This document shows, piece by piece, positions 51,533 to 64,000 of a stretch of 64,000 bases of DNA. The first letter of the stretch is position 1, and each line of letters starts with the position of its first letter. The notes beneath the pieces were generated by a model, which saw only the letters and a program-made list of their open reading frames with translations, searched no databases and was not told the origin of the DNA. This DNA comes from Octopus sinensis (Eukaryota), in assembly GCF_006345805.1 (NCBI RefSeq), contig NC_043009.1, positions 36,704,001 to 36,768,000 on the forward strand. The letters run 5' to 3'. A program made the translations under genes and the position numbers.

Positions 51533-51775
51533 GTGATCACGTGACCGACCAGGCTATCAGATGTTGTTGCACATCGCTGGTCATAATGCGCTTTTGCATT
51601 GTTTTAGCCTTCAAATAACGCCACCCCGATGGCTAGGCAAGCAGGCCAACAATCCCTCCTGATCGAAGGGGGGATTGGAACAATGTGAAATGAGGTGTTT
51701 TGCTCAAGAACACAACGCTCTGCCCAGTCAAGAAATCGAACTGCAGGAGCCTAACAACTAGGCCACGCGCATTCA
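51533..51775 (-). mobile_element. Degenerate SINE (family D head / alternative tail)
   Basis: The reverse complement aligns with 22448-22760. Confidence 0.7.
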
Positions 51776-51834
51776 CCCCCCTCAACAACGAATATATAAA
51801 TTTGTGTGTATATGTTTGGGTGTAAATATATAAG

Positions 51835-51926
<92 letters not shown>

Positions 51927-51967
51927 GTCTGTCTGTCTAAAATCACTCACCATCTCCTTATATACAA

Positions 51968-52640
51968 CTAGCAGTATCGCCCGGCGTTGCTCGGGTTTGT
52001 AAGGGAAATAACTATATAAGCATTTTTAGAGAGTTATAGCAAAAAAATTAGCAAAGAAATGCATTAAAAATGGAATAAAAAATGATGGTAATTTTTTTTT
52101 TAATCGTTGACTCATCATAGACATTTTTAGAGAGTTACTTCTCTTATATAATAGCGAAAAAATGCATTAAAATGGAAAAAATGATGGTAAATTTTTTTTA
52201 AAATCGTAGACTCATCGTAGACGCTTTCTTAGCCATTCTGTTTTGGTGTCTCTCAAGCCATGAAGTCGGTGTTCTAAAGAACGCTGGTCTCTTGACAATG
52301 CTTTACGACGTTGATTTCCTTACACTCCCTTCCCCACAGCTTCACGAGGGAGGGAAGAAGGGGGAGAAGCAAACAGGTGTAGGTTGTGACCATGGACGCC
52401 AACTCCGCCGCCATCGACACACGAAAAAATATGCGTTAAAATGGAATAAAAAATTATGTTAAATTATTTTTAAAATCGTAGACTCATCGTAACGCGCGCT
52501 AATACTCAGGCGGGCTCGATATGAAGCACGACTATAAGATACCCAGTTTTGGTTAAACTGCACCGCAAAATGTGGGAGTAGTTAGGAATCTAAATCGTAG
52601 GAGACAGACATTCACACAACTACAGTTTTATATATATAGA
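51968..52640 (-). mobile_element. Non-autonomous Helitron with extra internal segment
   Basis: On the minus strand it has a 5' TC and a 3' hairpin + CTAG. It belongs to the same subfamily as 62466-62853 but carries additional sequence at about 52225-52420. Confidence 0.85.
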
Positions 52641-52852
52641 TTATGTGTTCAGTACATATAAATTTTTTCCCTCAGTTTCTAATTATGGAATTATGTTCAA
52701 ATAATTTCAGATTTTGTCCGTTTTCCCTAATTAGGTTTCCAGTAATTATCTTGAAACTAAAGACAACGGTAACGGCTCCGGACTATATAATATTGTCTTC
52801 TCACGCCAACGAAGCTTTCCTTCCTTCTGTGCTTCTCTTCCTCGCCTTTTTC

Positions 52853-52887
<35 letters not shown>

Positions 52888-52898
52888 TTTCTTTCGTC

Positions 52899-52929
<31 letters not shown>

Positions 52930-53134
52930 CTCTCTCTTTCCCACGCACACGCACGCAGATCATGATAACTTTCTTAATGATTTTTTAAAACAAATTGCAA
53001 AGACATAACTTTGGCATTTTGGTCAGGCATCGGTACCTTTCGCAATGAGAAATAAATAAATAAAAGGTTGCAATATTGTAACTGGTATTGAGTGCTATAC
53101 ACGAAGTTTGTAGTATATTTATCTTGCAACACAT

Positions 53135-53337
53135 ACATTCATACATACATACATCATACATGCATACATGCATGCATGCATACATACATACATACATACA
53201 TCAACATACATACATGATACATACATACACACATACATACATACATACCTGCATACATACATGCATACATACATACACACATACATACATACATACCTGC
53301 ATACATACATACATACAGGCATACATACCTGCATACA

Positions 53338-53371
<34 letters not shown>

Positions 53372-53660
53372 CATACATACACACATAGATACATAGATAC
53401 ATACATACATGCATACATACACACATACATACATGCATACATACATACACACACACATACATGCATACATACATACACACATACATATATACATACACAC
53501 ATACATACATGCATACATACATACACACGTACATACATACACACATACATACATACATACATACATACATACATACATAGATAGATAGATAGATAGATAC
53601 ATACATACATACATACATACACACATACATACATACATACATACAAGCATGCACATACAC
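53135..53660. repeat. Long (TACA)n microsatellite
   Basis: Read directly. It is the source of the MYVC/HTYI ORFs. Confidence 0.95.
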
Positions 53661-54341
53661 AGAAATACTCCTGCATATTTACGTGTGTGCGTGTGTGTAC
53701 GTGTGTTATGTGTGTGCGTGCATGTGTGAGTGTGTGTGTGTGTAAGTGTGTGTGTATGAATTCATTAGTAAAAATATAAATATGGTCCATTTTGAATATT
53801 TATATTATTATAATTAGTCTTTCTCTCCCCCTGAAAAATATATATATATATACTCATACACACACAGACTCACTCGCACACACATGCACACATACACATA
53901 TATACATATATACACATATAAACACAAACTCATAAATATTCGAAACATGTATGTGTTTGTGGGAATGTGTGTGTGTGTGAACGTAAATGTATGTATGGAT
54001 GTGTGTAAATGTACGTATGTGTATAAATGTATATTTGTGTGCCTGTGTGTGAATGTATGTGTGAATGTGTATGTATGTGTGTGTGAATACATTGTAGCTA
54101 TTTAATTGTGTGTGTTTGTGTGGGTGTTTCAATAAACACTGCGCAACTCGTTTTTCAAGTGAGGCGCTTTTAATGTCACATGTCTTGGAATGTGATTTGG
54201 AGACAGTGGAACCGACACATTGAACTCTCTCTCTCTCTCTAACACACACACACATATACGCATACACACTGAGCACACATACGCATATGCACATATAAGC
54301 ATGCATGCATGCACACACGCTAGTATTTATATATACATAAA

Positions 54342-54402
<61 letters not shown>

Positions 54403-54411
54403 TTGTTTGTT

Positions 54412-54695
54412 CCTTCTCGAGTCATGCTTGGCTCATAAGGACCGGTTTCCCGATTTCCTTGGCGTACAGGTTCCCCACCTGGACGAGACGCCGGTCCGTC
54501 GCAGGTTAGCTGCAAGATGCAGGAGGAAAGAGTGAGAGAAAGTTGTGGTGAAAGAGTTAGCAGAAGTTCGCCATTACCTTCTGACGGAGCCGCGTGGAGC
54601 TTAGGTATTTTGCTCATAAACACACACATCGCCCGGTCTGAGATTCGAACCCGCGATCCCTCGACCGCGAGTCCGCTGCTCTAACCACTAGGACA
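54412..54695 (-). mobile_element. tRNA-derived SINE family D, near full length
   Basis: Matches 8285-8512. It carries an additional gacggaccggcgtctcgtccagg segment similar to the family C core. Confidence 0.85.
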
Positions 54696-54753
54696 TGTGC
54701 TCCCCGCCCATATTATATATATATATAATATATATATATATATATTATATATA

Positions 54754-54851
<98 letters not shown>

Positions 54852-54861
54852 TACATACATA

Positions 54862-56110
54862 CAAGGGGTGGACAGAATAATGGAAACCCCTTAAAATTTC
54901 AAACAAATTTCATCTTAATATGAGGTGGGGACCGCCTTTGGCAGTAATTACAGCTTGAATTCTACGAGGTAGACAAAATTTTTGTCCATTCTTCAGCTAA
55001 AATAGTCTCCAGTTCTTGTAGAGGATGGTGGAGGATATCGACTCCTTTCTTGTTTTTTTTCTAAAATGCACCATAACTGCTCAATAGTATTGAGATCTGG
55101 GGGCTGTGATAGCTAGATATGATGTTCAACTTCACTATAATGTTCCTCGCGCCTTTCAATAACAGCTTTAGCTGTGTGAATTGGTGAATTGTCATCCTGA
55201 AAGATTGTGCATCCCTCTGGAAACAGTTTCGCAACCATAGGATGAATTTGCTCAGATAAAATGCTTAAATAGTCTTGACTAATAATTCTGCCCTGAAGGG
55301 AAACCATTGGATCGGCGGATTTCCAAGACACAGCGCATCGATCATTACAGAACTTCCTCCATGTTTTACAGTTGGAAGAACGCAGTCTGGGTCAAATGCT
55401 TCGTTTGGCTGTCTCCACACGTATACTCGGCCAGTGGTCGGAAATAAGGTAAAGGATGACTAGTAAGAGAAAATAACATTCTTCCACTGCTCTAGGAATC
55501 AATTCTGTAGGATTTTACTCTACTCCAAACGCTTTGCAACGTTTTTTTTCTGAAAGTAGTGGTTTTCTGATTGCAGCCCTCCCGTGAAATCCGGCTATGT
55601 GCAGCTACCGGCGAACTGTTTTTGTGGAAACTAGGTTCTGAAGGTGGTCATTAAGCTCTGCAGTAATTTTGGGAGCTGTACTTTTGTGATCCTTTCTATC
55701 ATTTTCGCGCAAGGGTCCGACGGTTCCTATCTGAGAGTTGAGGTTTTCTTCCGGAGTTTTGTTTCGACGAAGAGGTTTTTCCCTCTTTCTCAAAGACTGT
55801 CATTACTTTCGAGACAGTACTTCTTGATACACCAGACATTTCGGATGTTTTCGTTACGCTAGCGCCTGCCATACGAGCATCAACAATTCGACCTCTTTGA
55901 AAGTCCGATAGATCTGTCATTTTAATGACTTTCAATTACCTTTTTCTGATGATGTCCGAAAAAAAATCCAGAAATTTTAACCAAACATATTAAGCAACAC
56001 TAATAATACGCCAAAAAACATAAAAATAAACAAGCTTTTGATGGTTTTATTGATATTTCAAAATTATGATGCTATGATGTAGATGTTTCCATTATTTTGT
56101 CCAACCCCTG
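54862..56110 (-). mobile_element. Tc1-like transposon with pseudogenised transposase, copy 1
   Basis: TIRs ca(a)ggggt(t)ggac.aaataatggaaac. Translation gives MTDLSDFQRGRIVDARMAGASVTKT...SGRKPQL; TAPKITAEL; IFQDDNSPIHTA; RRIQAVI. Confidence 0.93.
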
Positions 56111-56111
56111 C

Positions 56112-56248
<137 letters not shown>

Positions 56249-56267
56249 ATATATATTATAATACATA

Positions 56268-57513
56268 CAAGGGGTGGACAGAATAATGGAAACCCCTTAA
56301 AATTTCAAACAAATTCATCTTAATATGAGGTGGGACCGGCCTTTGGCAGTATTACAGCTTGAATTCTACGAGGTAGACAAAATTTTTGTCCTTCTTCAGC
56401 TAAAATAGTCTCCAGTTCTTGTAGAGGATGGTGGAGGATATCGACTCCTTCTTGTTTTTTTTCTAAAATGCACCAAATGCTCAAATAGTATTGAGATCTG
56501 GGGCTGTGATAGCTAGATATGATGTTCAACTTCACTATAATGTTCCTCGCGGCCTTCAATAACAGCTTTAGCTGTGTGAATTGGTGAATGGTCATCCTGA
56601 AAGATTGTGCATCCCTCTGGAAACAGTTTCGCAACCATAGGATGAATTTGCTCAGATAAAATGCTTAAATAGTCTTGACTAATAATTCTGCCCTGAAGGG
56701 AAACCATTGGATCGGCGGATTTCCAAGACACAGCGCATCGATCATTACAGAACTTCCTCCATGTTTTACAGTTGGAAGAACGCAGTCTGGGTCAAATGCT
56801 TCTTTTGGCTGTCTCCACACGTATACTCGGCCAGTGGTCGGAAATAAGGTAAAGGATGACTAGTCAGAGAAAATAACATTCTTCCACTGCTCTAGGAATC
56901 AATTCTGTAGGATTTTACTCTTACTCCAAACGCTTTGCAACGTTTTTTTTCTGAAAGTAGTGGTTTTTGCTTGCAGCCCTCCCGTGAAATCCGGCTATGT
57001 GCAGCTACCGGCGAACTGTTTTTGTGGAAACTAGGTTGGAAGGTGGTCATTAAGCTCTGCAGTAATTTTGGGAGCTGTCTTTTGTGATCCTTTCTATCAT
57101 TTTCGCGCAAGGTGTCCGACGGTTCCTATCTGAAGTTGAAGTTTTCTTTCCCGGAGTTTTGTTTCGACGAAGAGGTTTTTCCCTCTTTCTCAAAGACTGT
57201 CATTACTTTCGAGACAGTACTTCTTGATACACCAGACATTTCGGATGTTTTCGTTACGCTAGCGCCTGCCATTACGAGCATCAACCAATTCGACCTCTTT
57301 GAAAGTCCGATAGATCTGTCATTTTAATGACTTTCAATTACCTTTTTCTGATGATGTCCGAAAAAAAATCCAGAAATTTTAACCAAACATATTAAGCAAC
57401 ACTAATAATACGCCAAAAAACATAAAAATAAACAAGCTTTTGATGGTTTTATTGATATTTCAAAATTATGATGCTATGATGCTAGATGTTTCCATTATTT
57501 TGTCCAACCCCTG
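56268..57513 (-). mobile_element. Tc1-like transposon, copy 2 (tandem near-identical duplicate)
   Basis: It has the same TIRs, the same flanks (atacata / catatata) and the same lesions as copy 1, and differs mostly by 1-bp indels. Confidence 0.9.
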
Positions 57514-57529
57514 CATATATATATATATG

Positions 57530-57563
<34 letters not shown>

Positions 57564-57645
57564 TGTATGTATGTATGCATGTATGTATGTATGTATGTAT
57601 GTATGTATGTAGATAGGTAGATAAAGCTAGATATGGCTGGTCTAT

Positions 57646-57790
57646 GGGGTTACCCTGGGTTTCACATCCATAAAGCGCTTAGTTTTACTGCGCCTCTTCA
57701 GACCATAAATCTGTTGGTCAACAGGTTTTAGGGTCTGAAGAAACACTGTAAAGCTAACCGCTTTATGGACGTGAAATCCAGAGTAATCCC
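57646..57790. repeat. Imperfect 145-bp palindrome (hairpin MITE-like)
   Basis: 57646-57716 pairs with 57719-57790. About 80% of positions are complementary, many mismatches are transitions, and the centre is 2 nt. Confidence 0.85.
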
Positions 57791-57919
57791 ATTAGGGTAT
57801 TTAGCATACCACTTACTATAAGCAGAGGCATCGCTCCAAAACCACAAATGATTCAATTAAAATACACACTGCTAAGGCAACAAATATAACAGAAATAGGA
57901 TACCTTACATGGAATATAG

Positions 57920-58240
57920 GACTTATTCGTTGTAAGTCTAGTACTTATTCTAGCGTTCTCTTATGCCGAACCGCTAAGTTACGAGAACGTAAACCCACCT
58001 ACATCGGTTGTCAAGCGAATGTGGGGGCAAATACAGACACAAAGACACTCACATAAATAAAGACACAAACACACACATACACACACAACACACATATACG
58101 ATGGGTCTCTTTCAGTTTCCGTCTATCAAATCCACTCACAAGGCTTTGGTCGGCCCGAGGCTATAGTAGACTGAACCCAGAACCATGTGGGACTGAACCC
58201 AGAACAATGTGGTTCGGAAGCAAGCTTCTTACCACACAGG
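57920..58240 (-). mobile_element. SINE family A
   Basis: Reverse complement of the consensus, with a small internal duplication (actgaacccagaac x2). Confidence 0.8.
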
Positions 58241-58356
58241 CATGTTTACTTGATTATTCAACCACTATTTTACTATATCAATAGCGGCTGGTTTTGCCCT
58301 ATCATGTGGTTGCCGGCGAACATTTGCTACTGATGAACCCCAGAGAGGCAAAAATA

Positions 58357-59648
58357 TTGGGTTGGCAACTAAGTTACCGCCGTTTAAAAAAAAATTTTTT
58401 TAAAAGGTTTAATAAAAAAATAACTAATTAATCAATAATGTATTCACCCTTGTTGTTTACAACTTCTTCCCAAGATTTTCAATACCTCGTTGGTAGAAAT
58501 CACCCGATTTCGACTCTAAATATTGATCCAACCAAGCTCTCAATTCTACATCAGTATTGAACGAAACTCCGTGCATAGCATTTGAAAGAGATCGAAATAG
58601 CTGGAAATCCGTTGGTGCCAAATCAGGAGAATACGGCGGGTGTGGCAGCACTTCCCAGCCATGCGTTTGAATGGCTTCCTTGTTCATATTGGCGATATGA
58701 GGGCGGGCATTGTCGTGCAGCAGGACTCCATGCTGCCGATTAGATCTTTTTCTTGAATAGCCGCGTTGAGTCGTTCCATCTGTTGACCACAGAGTTCCGC
58801 GTTGACCGTTTGGTTCCGTTCAAGCAATTCGTAATGGATAATCCATTCCCAGTTCCACCATACAGCACAACATCGTTTTACGCAGATGAAGATCTTGTTT
58901 CACGCGCGGTGTCGCTTGTTCACCGAGGCTAAGCTATTCCTTAAGCTGCTTCATATTGATGTACAGGCACCATTTTTCATCGCCAGTAACGATTCGGTAA
59001 AGAAATCGTTGCTTGTGTCCATGCGCTGAGCGGTGACGAGCAAGCAAACCAGCGGAGATTGTGGCTCGTTGATTTTTGTTATTGTCACTTAAAGTATGTG
59101 GAACCCATGCTTCATACTTCTGAACTTTTCTCATCGAGTGAAGATGCTTCTGTATAGCAGTGTGGGAGCATTCCCTTTTCTCTGCCAGTTCCCTTGTCGT
59201 TTGACGTGAATTTTCGTGCAAAAGTTGGTTTAATCGCCCTTCATCGAACTCAAATGGACGGCCAGAACGAGGTGCGTCTCTGAGGTAAAATTTCCATTTT
59301 TGAACTTGGTATACCAATCACGAGCGGTTCTTTCAGCTATGGCACCCTCTCCATACACAGCACAATGTCGCGAGCAGCTTTTGCGGCCTTAGAACCTTGA
59401 TTAAAAGCCGAAAGAAGAAGGTGTCGAAAACGCTCGTTTTTCTTAACTTGACATTCCATTTTAATGATCTGAAAATAAACAAAAATTAACTAAAATTAAC
59501 TAGAAAAAACAAAACAAAACAAAATAGATTCTAAAATGATTCAAAAATAGAATTCTCGAAAAAAATAGATTCCAAACATTAAAAACGCAAAAAAAGACAA
59601 AAACAAGCCAAAAAAAAAAAAACGGCGGGAACTTACTTTCCAACCCAA
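58357..59648 (-). mobile_element. Full-length mariner (DD34D) with pseudogenised transposase
   Basis: TA-flanked TIRs ttgggttgg.aa.taagtt..cgccgttt. ATG at 59459. Motifs WVPHTL, VTGDEKW, LHDNARPH and HPPYSPDLAPTDF. Confidence 0.95.
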
Positions 59649-59838
59649 TACATATTTAGCAATGCCATCACCGCTGCTGGCCGATTTTCGTCTGCTAAAG
59701 ATATATTTCTGTGTTTCTTAACACTATACGCTTATAAGAAATGCTATCTCGATACTAATACCGCATTTACCCGGCTTTAAATAGGATACACATATTGTTA
59801 TTTTAAACTAACACTGATTCTGTCTCTTATAACTAATA

Positions 59839-60209
59839 CTAGCAGTATCGCCCGGCGTTGCTCGGGTTTGTAAGGGAAATAACTATAAAGCATTTTTAGA
59901 GAGTTATAGCCAAAAAATGGAAAAAAAATGATGGTAAATTTTTTTTTAGTTAAAAAGGTCGAGTTGCGTCCCCTAGACAGTCTGTGGTTTGTGTTTCTGA
60001 TTCTCGACCCCATGTCGAATTTATCGATTTTTTTCAGAACTGGGGGAACTTTCCAAAATTTTCGCTGCGTTAGTTTTGAATTATGACATTGGGCTATGTG
60101 TGTGTCAAGTTTCATCAGAATCGGTTGAAAGCCGTGGTCAGGGTGAGGGTACAACCTAACAGACACACAGAAACACACACAGACAAACTGCCGTTTATAT
60201 ATAGAGAGA
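59839..60209 (-). mobile_element. Non-autonomous Helitron
   Basis: On the minus strand it has a 5' TC and a 3' cccgagcaacgccggg hairpin + CTAG, between A and T. Confidence 0.85.
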
Positions 60210-60214
60210 TATAC

Positions 60215-60245
<31 letters not shown>

Positions 60246-61092
60246 ATTGCACACACATATAACATACACTCGCAAACGAATTGCTAGTGAGTTAAAAGTG
60301 TTTCTTTTCATTGCTATAATGTACAATAAGCACATCTACAAAATTTTTTTTTAGCTCAAAACTCCAAGTTAAAACCAATTGTAAACAACACGTCTACAGC
60401 ATGAAAACTTATCTTTCTTTGTCTCTACCTTCCGATCTGTCTCTCTCTATATTCCGGTCCGTCCTTCCGTCTGTCTGTCAGTCTGCCTGTCTGTCTGTTT
60501 ATCTGTCTGTTTGTCTGTCTGTCTCTCTTTGTCCCCCTCTCTCTCTATCTAGGAGTTTGACAAACTAGACGGTTCTCTAAGCTTACGAATATGCATTTCA
60601 TGATAAACAGAGTAAAGAATTACCTATCTCCCGGTTCAATATACATCGTATTTCAATTGTTGAATGCGATCTAGTCTCATAACTGTTCTGTATTTTAATT
60701 CATACCATTACAATTAATATTTAACTTTCTCAAATTGCTTCATTTTATTGTAACTTTATTCTTCCTCTTAAAACATCAGTTAAACCAATTTTTCATTTTC
60801 TTGAATTTTACCTTTTCTCTCTTCATCTTTCAGTCACTCACATCAATAATACAGAGATTTCTTTATACATAAATAATTTTAATTCTCAATTTTATTATTC
60901 TTTCTTCTTCTTCGACCTCACACAATCCTTGCATTTCCTTCCTTTTCTCTCTAATTTGCCCTTTCATTTTTGCTTTTCCTCATTTTTCTCCTCCTCATTT
61001 TCCTCTTTTTTTCCCTATCTTTCTATCCTTTGTACTTCAGTAACATAAATCTCAATAAATAGACTTTATCAATGCTAACCTTATCTGTTTCC

Positions 61093-61192
61093 NNNNNNNN
61101 NNNNNNNNNNNNNNNNNNNNNNNNNNNNNNNNNNNNNNNNNNNNNNNNNNNNNNNNNNNNNNNNNNNNNNNNNNNNNNNNNNNNNNNNNNNN
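61093..61192. other. Assembly gap (100 N)
   Basis: Run of exactly 100 N, typical of a scaffolding join of unknown size. Confidence 0.99.
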
Positions 61193-61540
61193 CAGTTGAA
61201 GACGAGTTTATTTGGATTGAAAACACAGAGAATCAACTTGCACTTGGAATGGTAATATATTATATTAAAGAAACACAAGAAATATTTAATAAAGTTTATT
61301 CACAAAAACATTTAATTTTGGAAGGTGATATTTCCAGGTTTTTATAATGCAAGTATTCAATCAGCTGATGAAAGATATGCTTCATATCCACAACCACTTG
61401 AAAAATTTTAAACCACAAAAGGGTCAATCTAATCAAAATGAATTTAATCATAGAAGAAGCAAGTACAAGCTAATGAATTAATTTCTCATACATACATGCA
61501 TATATACATACATACATACATACATACATACATACATACA

Positions 61541-61572
<32 letters not shown>

Positions 61573-62319
61573 CATACATACATACATATACATACATATA
61601 ATACATATACATATACATAACATATATATATATATATATATATGGCCTGCTCGCGTTAGCCAGCGGGTTGGGTGGCGTCAATCGAAGGCTTATAAAACAA
61701 TGCGAACGCATTGTGACCACGCGATGTGTAACAACATCTGATGGTCTGGTCGGTCACGGTGATCACATGATATATTAATATATATATATATATATATATA
61801 TATGATTTTTCTTTAAAAATGTTTATATCCTCATATTTGACGTCTTGCGGTTGTCTGACGAGAGCGGTTCCTTTCAAATTGATGAAATGTTTTCATTAAC
61901 CAATTAAAGGAGTCGCTTGAAACGGCCGTAATAAATTGACATCTGTACATCTTTGTTACTCATTTATATTCTGTTCACCTAACTTGGAATCTGCACTTCG
62001 GAAATACTATAGAAAGCGCCAGTATAAAAGTACATATCTGAATGATCAAGAGCAGATAGCGTCACTTAGGTGGATTACATTGTCTGCTCACACGGCAGGA
62101 ATATCAGGTACAAACACCCCTGCACGGAGTCTTGATTTCAATATTCAATTAATATTGTTTGGGTGTGCAGATTATACCGACCTAGCAAGGTGCCTCAATT
62201 TAAGTACCTAATTATGTAGGTACTATATATATGTAGTTATATTTTTGTGTTATTAAATAAACAGCGCTCTGAAGTGCTCAGGTACACAACCTGAAACGTT
62301 AGGTATATACATTATATTT

Positions 62320-63130
62320 AAAAGGAGAATTCGGGTAGGTTCAACGATTTAGAATAATACTACATCACATACTCAGCCACAAAGCCGGTGTATACAAATT
62401 ATTAAAATATATTTAATGCTTCACTCGTTAAGCTGTTAAAAAAATGTTAAAAATTTACAGATACTTCTTTATATATAAAAGTGAGGTTGTGTGCTGTCTG
62501 TCTCCTACGATTTAGATTCCTAACTACTCCCACATTTTGCAGTGCAAAAACCGGGTATCTTATAGTCGTGATTCATATCGAGCCCTTCGGGTATTAGCGC
62601 GGTCTACGATGAGTCTACGATTTAAAAAAAAATTACCATCAATTTTCCATTTTTAATGCATTTTTGGCTTATATAAGGGAATAGTAACTCTCTAAAAATT
62701 TATTATTAAATCTCAGAACGTAAAAAGCTACAGTAACAACCCCCCCCCTTTGTGGTTAGCCATATTGAGATGGCTATTATACTTTACATCTCTAAAAATG
62801 CTTATATAGTTATTTCCCTTACAAACCCGAGCAACGCCGGGCGATACTGCTAGTAAATATATAAAAATAAAATATACATATATGTATAGAAAAACAATAC
62901 TGATGTATAAAAATATCTTAGTGTCTTGAAAGGTGTATGTTGAAGACATCGTCCTACTTACAGATTAAGAGTGTTGTTAAAAAAGATATTAAGAAAGATA
63001 TTTAAGATGTATAAGTGTAAATCCTTGCGAAAAGGTGGGTAAAGAAATGTTTAAGCATCGAGATGGAAGGTAAAGCTTCCAATGATTAGATGGTGGTGCA
63101 CCAATTTCAAGAATTAAGTGGTGGTACATA
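62320..63130 (-). mobile_element. Second copy of the 48961-49930 PLE-related element, interrupted by a Helitron
   Basis: 62360-62465 and 62854-63120 are collinear with 48965-49320 once 62466-62853 is removed. Confidence 0.75.
62466..62853 (+). mobile_element. Non-autonomous Helitron
   Basis: Starts with TC and ends with a hairpin + CTAG. Comparison with the uninterrupted site near 49030 (gatgca|taaatat) indicates insertion at an A|T site with no TSD. Confidence 0.88.
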
Positions 63131-63184
63131 GAGGTGTCAAAGTTTAGGGATAGGAAAAACAGAACTGAAAAATAGAACTGAATA

Positions 63185-63590
63185 TTTACTCTTTTACTCT
63201 TTCACTCTTTTACTTGTTTCAGTCATTTGACTGCGGCCATGCTGGAGCACCGCCTTTAGTCGAGCAAATCGACCCCGGGACTTACTCTTTGTAAGCCCAG
63301 TACTTATTCTATCGGTTCTTTTGCCGAACCGCTAAGTGACGGTGACGTAAACACACCAGCATCGGTTGTCAAGCAATGCTAGGGGGACAAACACAGACAC
63401 ACAAACATATACACACACACCCATGTATATATACATATATACGACAGGCTTCTTTCAGTTTCCGTCTACCAAATCCACTCACAAGGCATTGGTCGGCCTG
63501 GGGCTATAGCAGAAGACACTTACCCAAGATGCCACGCAGTGGGACTGAAACCGGAACCATGTGGTTGGTTAGCAAGCTATTTGTATATTT
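63185..63590 (-). mobile_element. SINE family A
   Basis: Near-identical reverse complement of 3040-3430. Confidence 0.9.
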
Positions 63591-63711
63591 TTATTAATAT
63601 TTAATGCAAGTACCAGAGTGACTCAAGATCCGAGTTTCGTGCGTAGGCACTTATAAAACTATTTGATAAAAGTGCTAAAAACACGCGCACGTACCCACAC
63701 ACGCACACACA

Positions 63712-63755
<44 letters not shown>

Positions 63756-64000
63756 TACATACACACACACATGCATGCATACATAAACGCGCGCATACAG
63801 CCGCGGAATACATATACATATTCAAGTGTATATATATATATACGTAAATGTGTGAGCGTTAGTGTGTATATGTGTGCATATGTGTGTATATGTGTGTGTG
63901 GTGTGTTTATGTATGCAGAAATAAATAATCATTTAGCAAGAAAGAAAGTGATATGGTGATATACTGTATGAACAACAATGAGAGAAATGGACAGATAGAA

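Overview
This is eukaryotic, repeat-saturated non-coding DNA, most likely from an octopod cephalopod. That assignment is an inference from the SINE sequences as I recall them and from the extreme (TA)n/(CA)n/(TAGA)n/(TACA)n microsatellite load. No host protein-coding gene is recognisable, and nearly all ORFs in the track are translated microsatellites. The supportable content is mobile DNA: four tRNA-derived SINE families, RTE-clade LINE 3' fragments, a gag-like ORF1 remnant, a near-complete decayed Penelope-like element (RT + GIY-YIG, Naiad/Neptune-like), a second PLE endonuclease fragment, three mariner and two Tc1 transposase pseudogenes, four non-autonomous Helitrons, and two MITEs with 8-bp TSDs. 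The most interesting signal is a set of short elements at microsatellite edges that carry hammerhead-ribozyme motifs of three kinds: a canonical core at 41069-41111, a compensated U3-A8 core at 23.8/24.0 kb, and a conserved A6U variant in four copies. Two of these loci are head-to-head inverted pairs. The window also holds many fold-back inversions and two kb-scale tandem duplications that may be assembly artefacts. There is a 100-N gap at 61093-61192.
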